This document shows positions 1 through 10,947 of a DNA stretch of 64,000 nt, in pieces. Origin of the DNA: Antedon mediterranea (taxonomy: Eukaryota; Animalia; Echinodermata); assembly GCF_964355755.1 (NCBI RefSeq), contig NC_092673.1, forward strand, positions 25,355,648 to 25,419,647, written 5' to 3'. How positions within the stretch are numbered: the stretch's first letter is position 1; each line of letters begins with the position of its first letter. The position numbers were made by a program, and so were the translations under genes. A model generated the notes under the pieces. It saw only the letters and a list, made by a program, of their open reading frames with translations. It was not told where the DNA came from and searched no databases.

Positions 1-230
1 TCATGCTGCATATAATCTGCCAGTTCATGCTGTATATTGTCTGTATCAACTGCCACTTCACGTAGTGTATTGTCTGCCAATTCATGTGGTGTATCGTCTG
101 CCAATTCATGTGGTGCATCATCTGCCAATTCATGTTTTGTATCATCTGCCAATTCATGTTGCATATCGTCTGCCAATTCTGGTGTATCGTCTGCCAATTC
201 ATGTTGTGTATCGTCTGATGTTTTATGTCT
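1..230. repeat. 24-bp minisatellite, about 9 copies, truncated at the window edge
   Basis: Unit approx. TCATGTGGTGTATCGTCTGCCAAT in tandem. It explains ORFs 37..252 and 65..316. Confidence 0.9.
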
Positions 231-420
231 GTTATCTGCCGAACATCGTTGAATATTATATGCTTTTTTATCAGTTATCTCAAGAAGTCTGCGTTTGTTT
301 CTATATTTTCTTGTAGAAAAATATATTTTACTCGCTTGTGAGGCCATACTCGATGATTGGTTACTTGTATCACAGTCTTCTTCTAAACCTTCAATAAAAA
401 TTAAGTGATAGGATAAAAAT

Positions 421-1021
421 GGGTGCAGGTCAACTCGGCCCTAAACCGTCTCGGCCAAATTCAAGTCGGCCCCACGTCAAGTCGGCCCCAAGTCAAGTCG
501 ACCTCAAGTCAACTCGGCCTCAAGTCAACTCGGCCTCACGTCAACTCGGCCTCAAGTCAACTCGGCCAAAAACTAATCCGTCAACTCGGCCTCTAAAAAG
601 TATGGAACGCAAAAAGTGCTAATATAGTAGTTCATTTATTACAATTTCAGGATATAGTACGGTTTGGCCTACATAATAGACGAAATAAAACGGACATTTC
701 AATGTAAATTATAACACACTGGGCCTGATCGTTTTTCGTTTAATTGATAGGTAGTATTTATTTATATACCGTACTATGATGTTTATCCTGCCATTATAAT
801 ATTAACTACTATTACTATATTAGCACTTTTTGCGTTCCATAGTTTTTAGAGGCCGAGTTGACGGATTAGTTTTTGGCCGAGTTGACTTGAGGCCGAGTTG
901 ACTTGAGGCCGAGTTGACATGGGGCCGAGTTGACTTGGGGCCGACTTGACGTGGGGCCGACTTGACGTGGGACCGACTTGACTTTGGCCGAGACAGTTTA
1001 GGGCCGAGTTGGATCGAATTC
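421..1021. mobile_element. Non-autonomous DNA transposon (MITE) with about 200-bp inverted arms built from 16-bp subrepeats; 8-bp TSD
   Basis: Arms approx. 421-630 and 813-1021 are reverse complements made of AACTCGGCCTCAAGTC units. ATAAAAAT lies at 413-420 and 1022-1029. Superfamily (Merlin or hAT) not resolved. Confidence 0.85.
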
Positions 1022-1117
1022 ATAAAAATATTTAAATGAATGTAATATATACTGTATTTGAATCAACTTAAATTTAATTATTTTAACAATAGATGTTTCT
1101 AATAATTCAACTTCTTT

Positions 1118-1399
1118 CTAACAAATCTGTTCTCTATTTCTTTCTTTTTCTTTACCTTTCCATTCTTTGGTTCCATTTTCATTTCGATTTTCTACCACTT
1201 CTCCCAAACTGGAAGCCTCCAGTCCATTTAGTTCTACTACTTCAAATGAATTTAGTTCTTTTCTTGTTTTACTATTGTTTGTGGTATTTTCTTCATTTAA
1301 GTTTCTCTGTACAACATTATTATTGTCTATTCTTTTACTTCCAAATTCTTCTTCACTTTCTTCTTCAACCACTTCTCCTTCAGAGGACAGAAGTTCAAG
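1118..1399 (-). CDS. Candidate exon (possibly terminal) of an unknown Glu-rich protein; duplicated-exon family member
   Basis: Acceptor TTTTTATCAAG followed by LELLSSEGEVVEEESEEEFGS. Ends at the stop at 1118 or at a GTAAAG donor near 1155. Confidence 0.5.
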   Translation of the reverse strand, partial: LELLSSEGEVVEEESEEEFGSKRIDNNNVVQRNLNEENTTNNSKTRKELNSFEVVELNGLEASSLGEVVENRNENGTKEWKGKEKERNREQIC

Positions 1400-1805
1400 C
1401 TTGATAAAAACCACACAATAAATAAAAGGTCATGGTTTAGGTCAAATACACCAACCTGGCTGACAAGTCTGAACTTGCCTTTGAAACAAATGCTATTGGC
1501 CTCATTGAATTATGCCAATCAGATGCTTTAATGAACTTCTTAGTAATTACATTGTTTAGCTATCAAGGGTCAAGGTCAGTTGGGTAAACTATTGTTCATA
1601 GCATGGACTAATATACCTCCATGCTCATACAGTAATATCTATATTATTATTATAAACATGACCAGAAAGAACCAAAAGTAAATTAGATTTACTCTCTCTC
1701 TTTCTTCATCATGCATAAGATACATCTTTGCTATTGGACAATATTCTACTATTAGGTCTAACTATATAAAAACATTATAAAATTGTACACAAAATTAAAA
1801 TTTAC

Positions 1806-1913
1806 CTGTACGTTTCTTAGTAATACAACTTCTGGGTTTTCTAGTTTTCCACTTCCTAAATCTTCTTGAATTTCTTCTTTAACCAGTTCTCCCTCAGATG
1901 ATAGAAGTTCAAG
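1806..1913 (-). CDS. 108-bp symmetric exon, Glu-rich (LELLSSEGELVKEEIQEDLGSGKLENPEVVLLRNVQ)
   Basis: AG acceptor, CAG|GTAAAT donor, length a multiple of 3, open frame. Confidence 0.6.
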
Positions 1914-2390
1914 CTTGATAAAAACATAAAATAAGTAAAAGACCATGTTCATGAATACACCATTCTGATTGGCTAGTCTAAACTCTCTCGCTCTTGCTCA
2001 AATGATGAGCAATATATGTTTTAACACTATGGCCAACCCCTATCCCCTATTAAGGTGACAGCTTTTTGTTTGGTTCTAAGTTTTGAAACAATATTATTGG
2101 CATCATTGAATTATGTAGATGTGCTTTAATGAACTTCTTAGTAATTACATTGTTTAGCTGTCAAGGGTCAATTGGGTAAACTACTGCTCATAGCATTGAC
2201 TAATAGACCTCCATGCTCATAATATCTATATTATTATTATACACATGACCAGAAAGAACAAAAAGTACATTAGATTTACTCTCCCTTACTTGGGTTTCTG
2301 GATCAAAGGTCATCATGCATAAGATACATGTTTGCTATTGGAAAGCATTCTACTATTAGGCTATCTATATAAAAACATTATAAAATTTAC

Positions 2391-2498
2391 CTGTACGTTT
2401 CTTAGAAATACAAGTTCCGGGTTTTCTAGTTTTCCACTTCCTAAATCGTCTTGAACTTCTTCTTCAACCAGTTCTCCCTCAGATGATAGAAGTTCAAG
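2391..2498 (-). CDS. 108-bp symmetric exon, paralog of 1806-1913
   Basis: Same acceptor and donor. Encodes LELLSSEGELVEEEVQDDLGSGKLENPELVFLRNVQ. Confidence 0.6.
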
Positions 2499-2943
2499 CT
2501 TGATAAAAACATAAAATAAGTAAAAGACCATGTTATAATGAACACACCATTCTGATTAGCAAGTTTAAACTCTCTCACTTTGGGACACCCTGTTCATGAA
2601 ACAAATAATGAGCAATATAGGTTTCAACAAATGATTTTATATAGCCGAAGGTTAGATAACAAACTGCATTGTTATCGCAGTTCAAAAATTGATTCTCCAT
2701 GGAGAGGGAACCAACAAGATAGCAACTGCAATCGACCAATCAGATATACCCTACGCAGTACGCACTGCTAAACGCCTGTGTTGAGCCTATCTGCGTAAGA
2801 ACAATACGCAACGCAGCGTGTTAAGCGTATAAACGCGAACGCATTCTATATGATCCTCGTATACAAAAATTGCTAGAAATTACCAAGAACGATTTCAATA
2901 TATTTAATTTTATAAAAACTTCACTGTGCTTTGACAAGAATAT

Positions 2944-3857
2944 CGCCCGTATTCTTAAACCGGACTTTAGTTGTAGTTTGAAGTTCGACTTGAAAAAGTC
3001 GTAGTTCGAGCTATTACTTCAAATTCGATTAAAAAACGAAGTAGTCGAAGTTTGCAGTTCGACTTAATGAAGTCGAGCTTTTAGTCGAGTTGCACACGTC
3101 TGGGTATCAAAGGCTATACATTGGCCAATGACAAGAGAGTGTTTGAGGAGCAGACGAAATTTTGCGCATTGATATCACTTTCCATTTTCTTACAACACTT
3201 TTTACGCATCAGGACTATATACATGAAAAGTAATTTTAATCCGTTAATTCTTAGAACAAGATCAGTATCAATTTAACAGTGAAGACGTACTTTTGATTAA
3301 CAACAAAAAAAATATTCAAAATATATTCAGGAACCATGGCGGTACAGTAACTTTTATATTTTCTAGGCCCCCAACAAAGAATGATTGCGACGAACCACGC
3401 ACTTCATCGCGTGACAAGAAAGCGCTAGGCCCCCTAAACATTCCATCGCGTGGTGAATTTCCGCATCTGCTATTGTCGCTATGACGTGACGTTGTTCAAG
3501 TCGGACTTGCGCGAAGAAAATAATGTAATTTGTATACGGTTGTAAATAAAGATTATTTTCATTATTATAACTTATACCAATGTATACTTAATTAAGCTAA
3601 TATAAAAATAGATATTTCATTTTTCAATATCTGGCCAATATAACAACTCAATGACTGTTACGTTTTTCATAAACATCGTTTAAAAACCATTTAGTCGACC
3701 ATTTAGCCTGCCCCCTCCAGGACTAAAAAAATCGATCAAAATTCGTCTCGATTTAGTCGAGGTTGGCCTGAATTAGTCGGCGATTTAGTTGATGTTCGGT
3801 TTATGAATTAAAATGACGTCATTTTAAAAGTTTTAGTCCGGTTTAAGAATACGGGCG
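2944..3857. mobile_element. Non-autonomous DNA transposon, PIF/Harbinger-like
   Basis: 23-bp TIR CGCCCGTATTCTTAAACCGGACT at both ends, 3-bp TSD TAT, no transposase ORF. Confidence 0.8.
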
Positions 3858-4407
3858 TATGTGTTTATGTGGTCTTAATGTATTATATTAGATTATTATT
3901 TTTTATAATAAATAATGTTTTTGAACAGCTGCCATCTTGTTGGTTCCCCTCCTGTTGGAATCACTTTTCAGTCTGGAGTACACACTCTAGCCTCTTCGGC
4001 TTATTACATCTCTCTTGTTTTAACACAAAGGCCAACCACTATCCAGGAGATACCCCTATTAAGGTGACAGGTTTTTGTTTGGTTCTAAAGTTGTCCCCTT
4101 AATAGAGTTACTTTATCTAACATATTTCTACATGGTTCATAATTTTGTATGCTGTTCTATTAAACCATTAAAGCCTGTTTTCCAGTCGACGTTACATCAC
4201 GTTGAATAGATGGATCCAACGATTTTCCAGGAAAACGGTGCAAAAATCTGTAAATATTAGTAGTCTGGCTCGATCATCGTTATTGTTATTTATTTTAAAC
4301 TTGACAATTTGAACATTCAATGCAACTCGCCTTAACGTTATGTCAATTGGAAAAAAGGCTTTAGAAGCATGCTTTATAGAAGATTGTACAAAAAAAGTAA
4401 CATTTAC

Positions 4408-4509
4408 GTTTTTTAGTAGTACAATTTCTGGGTTTTCTAGTTTTCTAATTCCCAATTCTTCAACTTCTTCTTCCAGTAATTCTTCCTCAGAGGAGGACAA
4501 AAGTTCAAG
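4408..4509 (-). CDS. 102-bp symmetric exon, Glu-rich paralog (LELLSSSEEELLEEEVEELGIRKLENPEIVLLKN)
   Basis: Acceptor TTTTTATCAAG, donor GTAAAT, open frame. Confidence 0.6.
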
Positions 4510-4667
4510 CTTGATAAAAACATTAAGAAAAGGTCAGAAAGTAGTAGTATCATTTATTTAATACATAGTTTTTACGTTGTTTTTACATTAGGCCTTAATA
4601 CTACTGTACTAGACTGTTCATTAACAATCAGATCGAAGGGAACTCAGAGTTTGAAATGAAAAACTTA

Positions 4668-4819
4668 GGCTCTGTCTACACTATCAAACTTGATGTGACA
4701 AAATGTGATGTGCCCATATATGGACATGAAGATGTCATAACACTACCATATTTGGCCATACCACAGACCATATTGGGCAAATCACATTTTTGTCACATAA
4801 AGTCTGATAAGACAGAGCT
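4668..4819. mobile_element. Short Harbinger-type MITE, copy 1
   Basis: Ends GGCTCTGTCTACACTATCAAAC...GACAGAGCT, flanked by TTA on both sides. Confidence 0.8.
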
Positions 4820-4970
4820 TTACACATTGTTTAACATATAATGTAAAAAATGTATAGTATTAATGTGCTTTTTACACACTGCAAAGCAAAAAAAAAGAAG
4901 AAAATCTAAATAGATGGTTTAGAATATTTGAGCCCCACAAAAGACAAAAACACATACAGTGACATCATTA

Positions 4971-5108
4971 AGCTCCATCTACACTACCAAACTTTATGTG
5001 AAAAAAATATGATGTGCCCATATATGGAAACAATGACGTCATATCAGTACCATATTTGGGCACATCACACTTTTTTTGTCAAACTAGTTTGATAGTGGTG
5101 ACAGAGCT
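4971..5108. mobile_element. Same MITE family, copy 2
   Basis: AGCTCCATCTACACTACCAAACT...AGTTTGATAGTGGTGACAGAGCT with TWA flanks. Confidence 0.8.
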
Positions 5109-5208
5109 TAACTATTTAAGTACCATGGTATGGATTCCACCAGCTAACCTATCCCAAAAAGTTGGGAAGAGGTGGTGAGACACAAAGATAGAGAATAAAA
5201 TGATTTAC

Positions 5209-5400
5209 CTCTAAATCATCTTTGTAAATAATCAGCCCTGCTACGTTTATAGTACCAACGTTTTCCATGGTATTGTTAGATTCTTGCGTTTCATACTCGG
5301 AGTTCATTTCCATACGAGAATCATTCACAAAATTGCATACAGTAAGTTGGATAAGTTGTAAATACTCTCTTCAGAATTATTTCCCACAAACTTCACACGT
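5209..5400 (-). pseudogene. Candidate upstream exon of the Glu-rich gene, either frameshifted or a UTR/start exon
   Basis: TTTAG acceptor and GAG|GTAAAT donor. The 3' part is open in phase 0 (..MEMNSEYETQESNN..KDDLE), but the 5' part is open only in a shifted frame. Confidence 0.35.
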
Positions 5401-5491
5401 CTAAATACAAATGAGATTTGTTATTACAAATGACGCAAGAGACAATTTAGCTATTAAAGATGAAACTAACGTTGGACCCAACAAGACATAA

Positions 5492-5610
5492 AGCTCTGTC
5501 TACACTATCAAACTTTATGTGACAAAAAAATGTGATGTGCACATATATTGACATGATGATACCACTACCATAATTGGCCATATCATTACCATATTTGGGC
5601 ACATCACATT
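5492..5610. mobile_element. Same MITE family, copy 3 (right end missing)
   Basis: Starts AGCTCTGTCTACACTATCAAACTT with the shared GATGTG..CACATC core. Confidence 0.75.
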
Positions 5611-5663
5611 CATAGGGATTGCAGAAAATGTTTGTTTCCACTTAAGAATGACAGTTCTCTTAC

Positions 5664-5770
5664 CTTTTGTCTAATATGTAATTCTCATCATCGACATTCA
5701 TTTGAGAGAATTGTTCAGTACTGAGTAAGCTAAATTCCATCACTTTGAGGTAAAATTCTGTCTTTTTTTC
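5664..5770 (-). CDS. Candidate coding exon (EKKTEFYLKVMEFSLLSTEQFSQMNVDDENYILDK)
   Basis: Polypyrimidine tract plus CAG acceptor, AAG|GTAAGA donor, open frame. Confidence 0.45.
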
Positions 5771-6216
5771 CTGAAGAAGATAAAAAGCTAAATATACTGC
5801 AAGTGTAAACAATAACAGTGTACAGTGGAGTCGAATGGCCAAGCAGTTTGGCAGTGACGCCGTAAAATATATTAAAAAAATCAGCTCTCCTCATCAAATT
5901 TAGTTCTGGTGGTACTGTAGAACACGTTTCTTAATCTTGGATAGAAGTACTTAAAACTGGAGCTCCAGTGTACACATTTAGATTGTGTGCATTTTAAAGA
6001 ACTCAGTGCATCTTTTGGAAGACAGAGAGTTGACCTGCATTCCAGTGGCATAATACAGGAGGAAAGGCCTATGGCTTAGCACTCCTAAGGAGCCCTTCAA
6101 CGCTGGGTAGTTGCATTTGAGCTGTCAATCTGGGTTCCCTTAACCTCTGAGGCCCCTGGGTTTAGCAAATGAATGCTCATAGCCACTGCTGCATTTAGGA
6201 TTGGTAGTGCTCATTA

Positions 6217-6397
6217 AAGCTTGGTTCCCACTAGAACGTAACGCAAGGACGTAAACGCAACGCAAGCATTTTAACCAATGACAAGCGAAGTTATAGACAG
6301 TTAGCAATCACAAGCGAATAAGCCATCGCTTGTGATTGGTCAATTCACTTTCGTTGCGTTACGTCCTTGCGTTGCGTCGCTAGTGGGAACCACGCTT
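6217..6397. mobile_element. Palindromic Harbinger-type MITE
   Basis: AAGCTTGGTTCCCACTAG...CTAGTGGGAACCACGCTT with TWA-like flanks. Confidence 0.8.
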
Positions 6398-6716
6398 TAG
6401 AGCCTCATCACAGTGCAAATTTATACTGTACATACCTCATGGTAATTAGTTCCAATTTCGTATTTGGTAAGAGTAATACGTGATTTGGCAAGGTCTGCGA
6501 ATGTACATCCTGAAATACTGTCTTGATCACTGAAAACATAATGACATTGTAAATAACTTTAAGATAAATGCCATTTTGTAACTGTGGCGGCGCTATACAG
6601 TATTTGGTTTGGCGCGTCAGTAGCAGAAGAGGTACGAATGAGATGCATCCTTCGTCGCTGCTACTCAATGTTATGCATCAAAAAAGCTTGTTTTTGGGTA
6701 TGTTTTATCTTTAATT

Positions 6717-7564
6717 TATGGAACGCCGTTTACGCAACATTTCGATGATATGAATTTTATGACGCGATATGTGAATGAAATGCATCGATATGAATTGAAT
6801 GGCGTGATATATGAATGAAATGTTTTGAATTGAATGCTTTGAATTGAATGTTTTGAATGAAATGTTTTGAATGAAATGTTTTGAATTGAATGTTTTGAAT
6901 GAAATGTTTTGAATGAAATGTTTTGAATGAAATGTTTTGAATTAAATGTTTTGAATGAAATGTTTGAATTGAATTGAAAAGTCAAACTATTGGCGGCGTA
7001 TGTCATTCCCGCTCGCGATTTTTTTTCAACCTCTTAATAGGCCTAAGCATATGGGTACCCTCATTTCCTTTCAACGCTGTCATCAATATGAATCCTTTAC
7101 AGAGACTCCCTAACAGACTGAAACATTGGAATACATATTTCCGAACCCAGGTCTGTTAGGATTCTCTGTAAAGGCAGCGTGGAAGAAAGGAGATGAGGGT
7201 ACCCAGGCTTAGGCCTAAGAGGTTGAGAAAATAATCGCGAGCGAGAATGACACACGCCACCAATAGTTTGACTTTTCAATTCAATTCAAACATTTCATTC
7301 AAAACATTTCTTTCAAAACATTTCATTCAAAACATTTCATTCAAAACATTTCATTCAAAACATTTCATTCAAAACATTTCATTCAAAACATTTCATTCAA
7401 AACATTTCATTCAAAACATTTCATTCAAAATATTCAATTCAAAGCATTCAATTCAAAACATTTCATTCATATATCGCACCATTTAATTCATATCGATGCA
7501 TTTCATTCACATATCGCGTCATAAAATTCATATCATCGAAATGTTGCGTAAACGGCGTTCCATA
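6717..7564. mobile_element. Foldback-type non-autonomous DNA element with 6-bp TSD
   Basis: TATGGAACGCCGTTTACGCAAC...GTTGCGTAAACGGCGTTCCATA. Nearly fully palindromic with 14-bp GAATGAAATGTTTT arrays. TSD TTAATT. The empty site is seen in the 3' LTR. Confidence 0.92.
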
Positions 7565-8106
7565 TTAATTTGTTAGTATTAGTTTAAGTAATTGTTTGAG
7601 ATCATTAATTGCCAGACTACAGCATGTTTGATGGTAATTTAAACGTAGTTTTCTTAGTTTGAAAGTTAGACATTCATCTAACACGATGTGTGTGTTCTCA
7701 TGCTTCGAGCATGTTCGAGCATCTTAAGGTCAAGTGACGAAGATGGATCACTTTACGGTCACGTGTCAAAACAGTAGATTCCAAGATGGCTGCTCCCATC
7801 GGAGAATACATTTGTTATATTATTGCTTGTGATATTGATAATTGATTATAAACCTTCATTATTTCGATTTAATAACTATTGATTTATTGAAAGAAAGTCA
7901 TTAATTGATTGTTATATGTTATTGATATTTGTTTTACAGTCAACTTGTAACTTAACGATTACTGAATTGAAGGCTTGTGGTTTATGAGTTTGCGCCATAA
8001 TTCATGTAAGGTTTGAACATTATTGGATTAACTCATATGTAGTATTTAATTAAAACCATCTATTTGATCATTTGTTAGACATACTGTATAACATTGTTCA
8101 TAGAAC

Positions 8107-8934
8107 GGATTAGGCCAAGTTGAGCCGCCGACAAGTTGAGCCGCCGCCAGAAAAACGTTATTTTCTATGAAACGCCAAATGCTTATACTTTCGCCGGTGC
8201 TCGTTTCTATTTAATAGAAGTTCTATTTATATTAATTATTAGATATAACGATGTATATTCCAAAGTTTTTATATCACGGTTTTTAGTATATTATTAAATA
8301 TTATAATTAAAGAGAAATAATTATGAATATCTGACTTGTTTGTAGATTCCAAAATATAAGGCCTAAAACATGACCGAAAATGATCGTTTTTAGCCAAAAA
8401 TGACGTAAACATGTTGCCCCCTTAGGCGGCAGTTGTATGAACTAGGCCTACTCCATTTTTCGGTAAAATAATTGCATAAAATCACCGTTTTTTAGTTAAA
8501 TATTTTGTGTATTAACATTGTAAAATTCAATAAAATATGATATTAAAAGATAGTAGATAAAAAATAATAATTATTTAACCTCATTCGAAGAGTATCAATA
8601 CTCTATTAGTCCTGAGAGTCTCAGTGAGAGACAACATGATTTTACGCGAGAAAAATATTATGGAGTGCACTGCATTTTTACCTTTAAAGATTAAAAACAA
8701 TTAAATTATTAAATATGACTACTTTCCTTTGCTGTGTTGTTATGGCGGTTCAAACCAACAAAATTGTAGTATGTAATTATTATTTATTTTCATGACACAA
8801 TAAACCTAAAGACCATGAACTTATGTACTAGGACACTCCTCTATCACTACGCGAAATGCCGTAAAAGACGCACTGGGCGTTTCATAGAAATTACCGGCGG
8901 CTCAACTTGTCGGCGGCCCAACCGGTCATATCCC
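8107..8934. mobile_element. Non-autonomous DNA element with 8-bp TSD
   Basis: CATAGAAC at 8099-8106 and 8935-8942. Subterminal AAGTTGAGCCGCCGAC repeats are inverted at the other end. Empty site in the 3' LTR near 22808. Confidence 0.9.
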
Positions 8935-9159
8935 CATAGAACCACGTTCTGGTTAGTTATTCAAATTGTTTGTTTATTTGAGACTTGTTAAACGATATTA
9001 AGTGATTATTATTTGTATTTTTCTAGTCACCAGACTATTTTCAGAGTCAGAGAATAAAAGTACTGAAATTTACATAGTTTGCGTTGTTGTGTTGGTGCCC
9101 TCATTGTTCGTAAACTACATCAAGCCCAGATATTCTACAGTGAATGAATTACTGCAGTC

Positions 9160-10273
9160 ATGGTGGAACCAGCAGTAGTTGTAAGCAGTACGTTAGCGGT
9201 AGTGCGGAGGAATCGAAAGGGAGCGTTAACCAGAAGTTTGAAGTCGTTGGAAGCGTTAATGGCAGTAGATGCGGAGAATGAAACAGTTTACGAAAGGTAT
9301 GAAAAGTCAAAACAGCAATGGGAAGCCGTAGAGGCTGCGCATCAGGAACTGGTTGACACACTCAAGGAGGATGAAGCATTCGAAAGAGAGGAAGCCTGGA
9401 TGATAGAGGCTGAAGCTGTGTTTGTTGCAGCCAGAGTACAGGTTGAGAAATATTTAACGAGGTCAGTGAATATGGTTAATGACCATGTCGAATCTGCGAT
9501 AGGCAGAGTATCTGAACCCAGTGTTCAGTTAGAGTTAGCAGAACCTGTAGAGAGTGCGGGTTCCAATGTTGTATTTGGTAGCAATGGTGCTTCCAACATA
9601 GATGATAATAGTATGCCTGATCAGGCTCCTATAAGTAGTTCTGTGCAGAGCAATCCTGTTGAGCCTGCGAGTTCAAATTTACAGACTAGTACTAGTACCA
9701 CTGTTAAAACTCACTCTGCCTTGAGTGAATTAAAGTTAGCTTTAGAATTACCAAAGGCTGAAATTGCTGAGTTTCACGGCAATGCTATTGGGTATTGGCC
9801 CTTTATTAAAAACTTTGAAGTTAATGTTGCGAGTAAATTAAGCAATGACTCAACTAGGTTGCAGTATCTTTTACAACTTTGTAAGGGTAATGCTAGGGCA
9901 TGCATAGAGAGTTGTGCATGGCTTCCAGATGAAGGGTATGAACGCGCAAGATCTATATTGAAGTGCAACTATGGTCAACCCCACTTAATATTAAATGCAT
10001 TAATGAGTGATTTAACTGATCGTAAAGCCATTAAGGCACAAAATGGGATAGCGTTGAGAGAACTAATATCGTGTATGCAAACCTGTCATATAACACTCAC
10101 CCAAATGGGCCATGTTACCGATTTGAACTCGACGAGTAATTTAATCAGGGTTCAGGGGCTGTTACCTATCTATATGCAAAACGCATGGGCCAAGGTCGCC
10201 CAGGGAATTTTGAAGTCCAGGGAACCTATCTTTTTAGATTTGTTAACGTTTTTAGAGGGTCAGGCGGAGATAG
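9160..10273 (+). CDS. gag: BEL gag, N-terminal part, interrupted
   Basis: Motifs ELPKAEIAEFHGNAIGYWPFIKNF and RLQYLLQLCKG are typical of BEL/Pao gag. Rejoins 18286 to read EGQAEIACNMFGK. Confidence 0.9.
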
Positions 10274-10947
10274 TAGGTACAGTACCGGACAGAATTATTG
10301 CAGATTTTGAACGCATTCAACGCATTGTTAAAGTGTTGACAACGCGTTGAAACTGCGTTGTCCGTTGGCGTTGAAAGTGTTGAGTTCGTTGAACTGTTTA
10401 TTCAACCAACACAATGTGTTGCGTTGAGTTTGCGTTGAAATAACGAACAATCGGATTCGTATGGTATTTACAGATTGCCAGTGTGTATTAGTAGTAGTAG
10501 TAATAGTATAAAATACAGTATTACAAATATTTAAGAAAACAAACATAATGTGTATTTTTCCGCGGAAACCTAGCTTAATATATTACACTAGGCTAGGCCT
10601 ACTACTAACGAGTAGGCCCCGTGTGTATGAGCCGCGTCTGCCATCGCAGTTAAAAGTAGTGGTCATGTCCTTAATTACTGTGTGCCTATATTAACTGGAG
10701 TATTAAATACCAAAGTTAAGGCGGCGGTGAATCTTGGAGGCTAGGTCACATCGTAATTAATTATTTCCAAACTAAAAACTTCGCAGTACTGTACTACATT
10801 TTTCTCGATTATTTATAAAAACAACGTAGCCTACACCCGCCGCCATGGAAGGCAACAATACACCACCAACATAACGATCCAGCATGGTCGTCGTCTTTTT
10901 CACGCATGCTTTTCGTGACGTGAGGGACGAACTGATCGAAAGGTGAA

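Larger units (their letters stand above)
1480..2580. repeat. Tandem segmental duplication (about 585-bp unit), each copy containing one exon
   Basis: 1480-1990 aligns by eye with 2083-2580. Confidence 0.8.
6548..9139 (+). repeat. BEL 5' LTR, about 0.9 kb of LTR sequence interrupted by two insertions
   Basis: Matches 22112-23012 once 6717-7564 and 8107-8934, each with one TSD copy, are removed. Confidence 0.95.

Noticed and set aside
37-316. Cys/Ser-repeat proteins
   Set aside because: Translations of a 24-bp minisatellite with no gene context.
421-1021. CRISPR-like short repeats and the twin ORFs 419..622 and 820..1023
   Set aside because: The repeats are contiguous with no unique spacers, there are no cas genes, and the ORFs are mirror translations of MITE arms.
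6408-7486. ORFs 6408..6668, 6716..7006, 6974..7159, 7097..7279 and 7247..7486 (also 22050..22232)
   Set aside because: They lie in LTR or palindromic repeat sequence, and their duplication follows from the repeat structure.
10274-10350. C-terminus of the 396-aa gag ORF
   Set aside because: Read-through into inserted transposon ends. The true continuation is at 18286.
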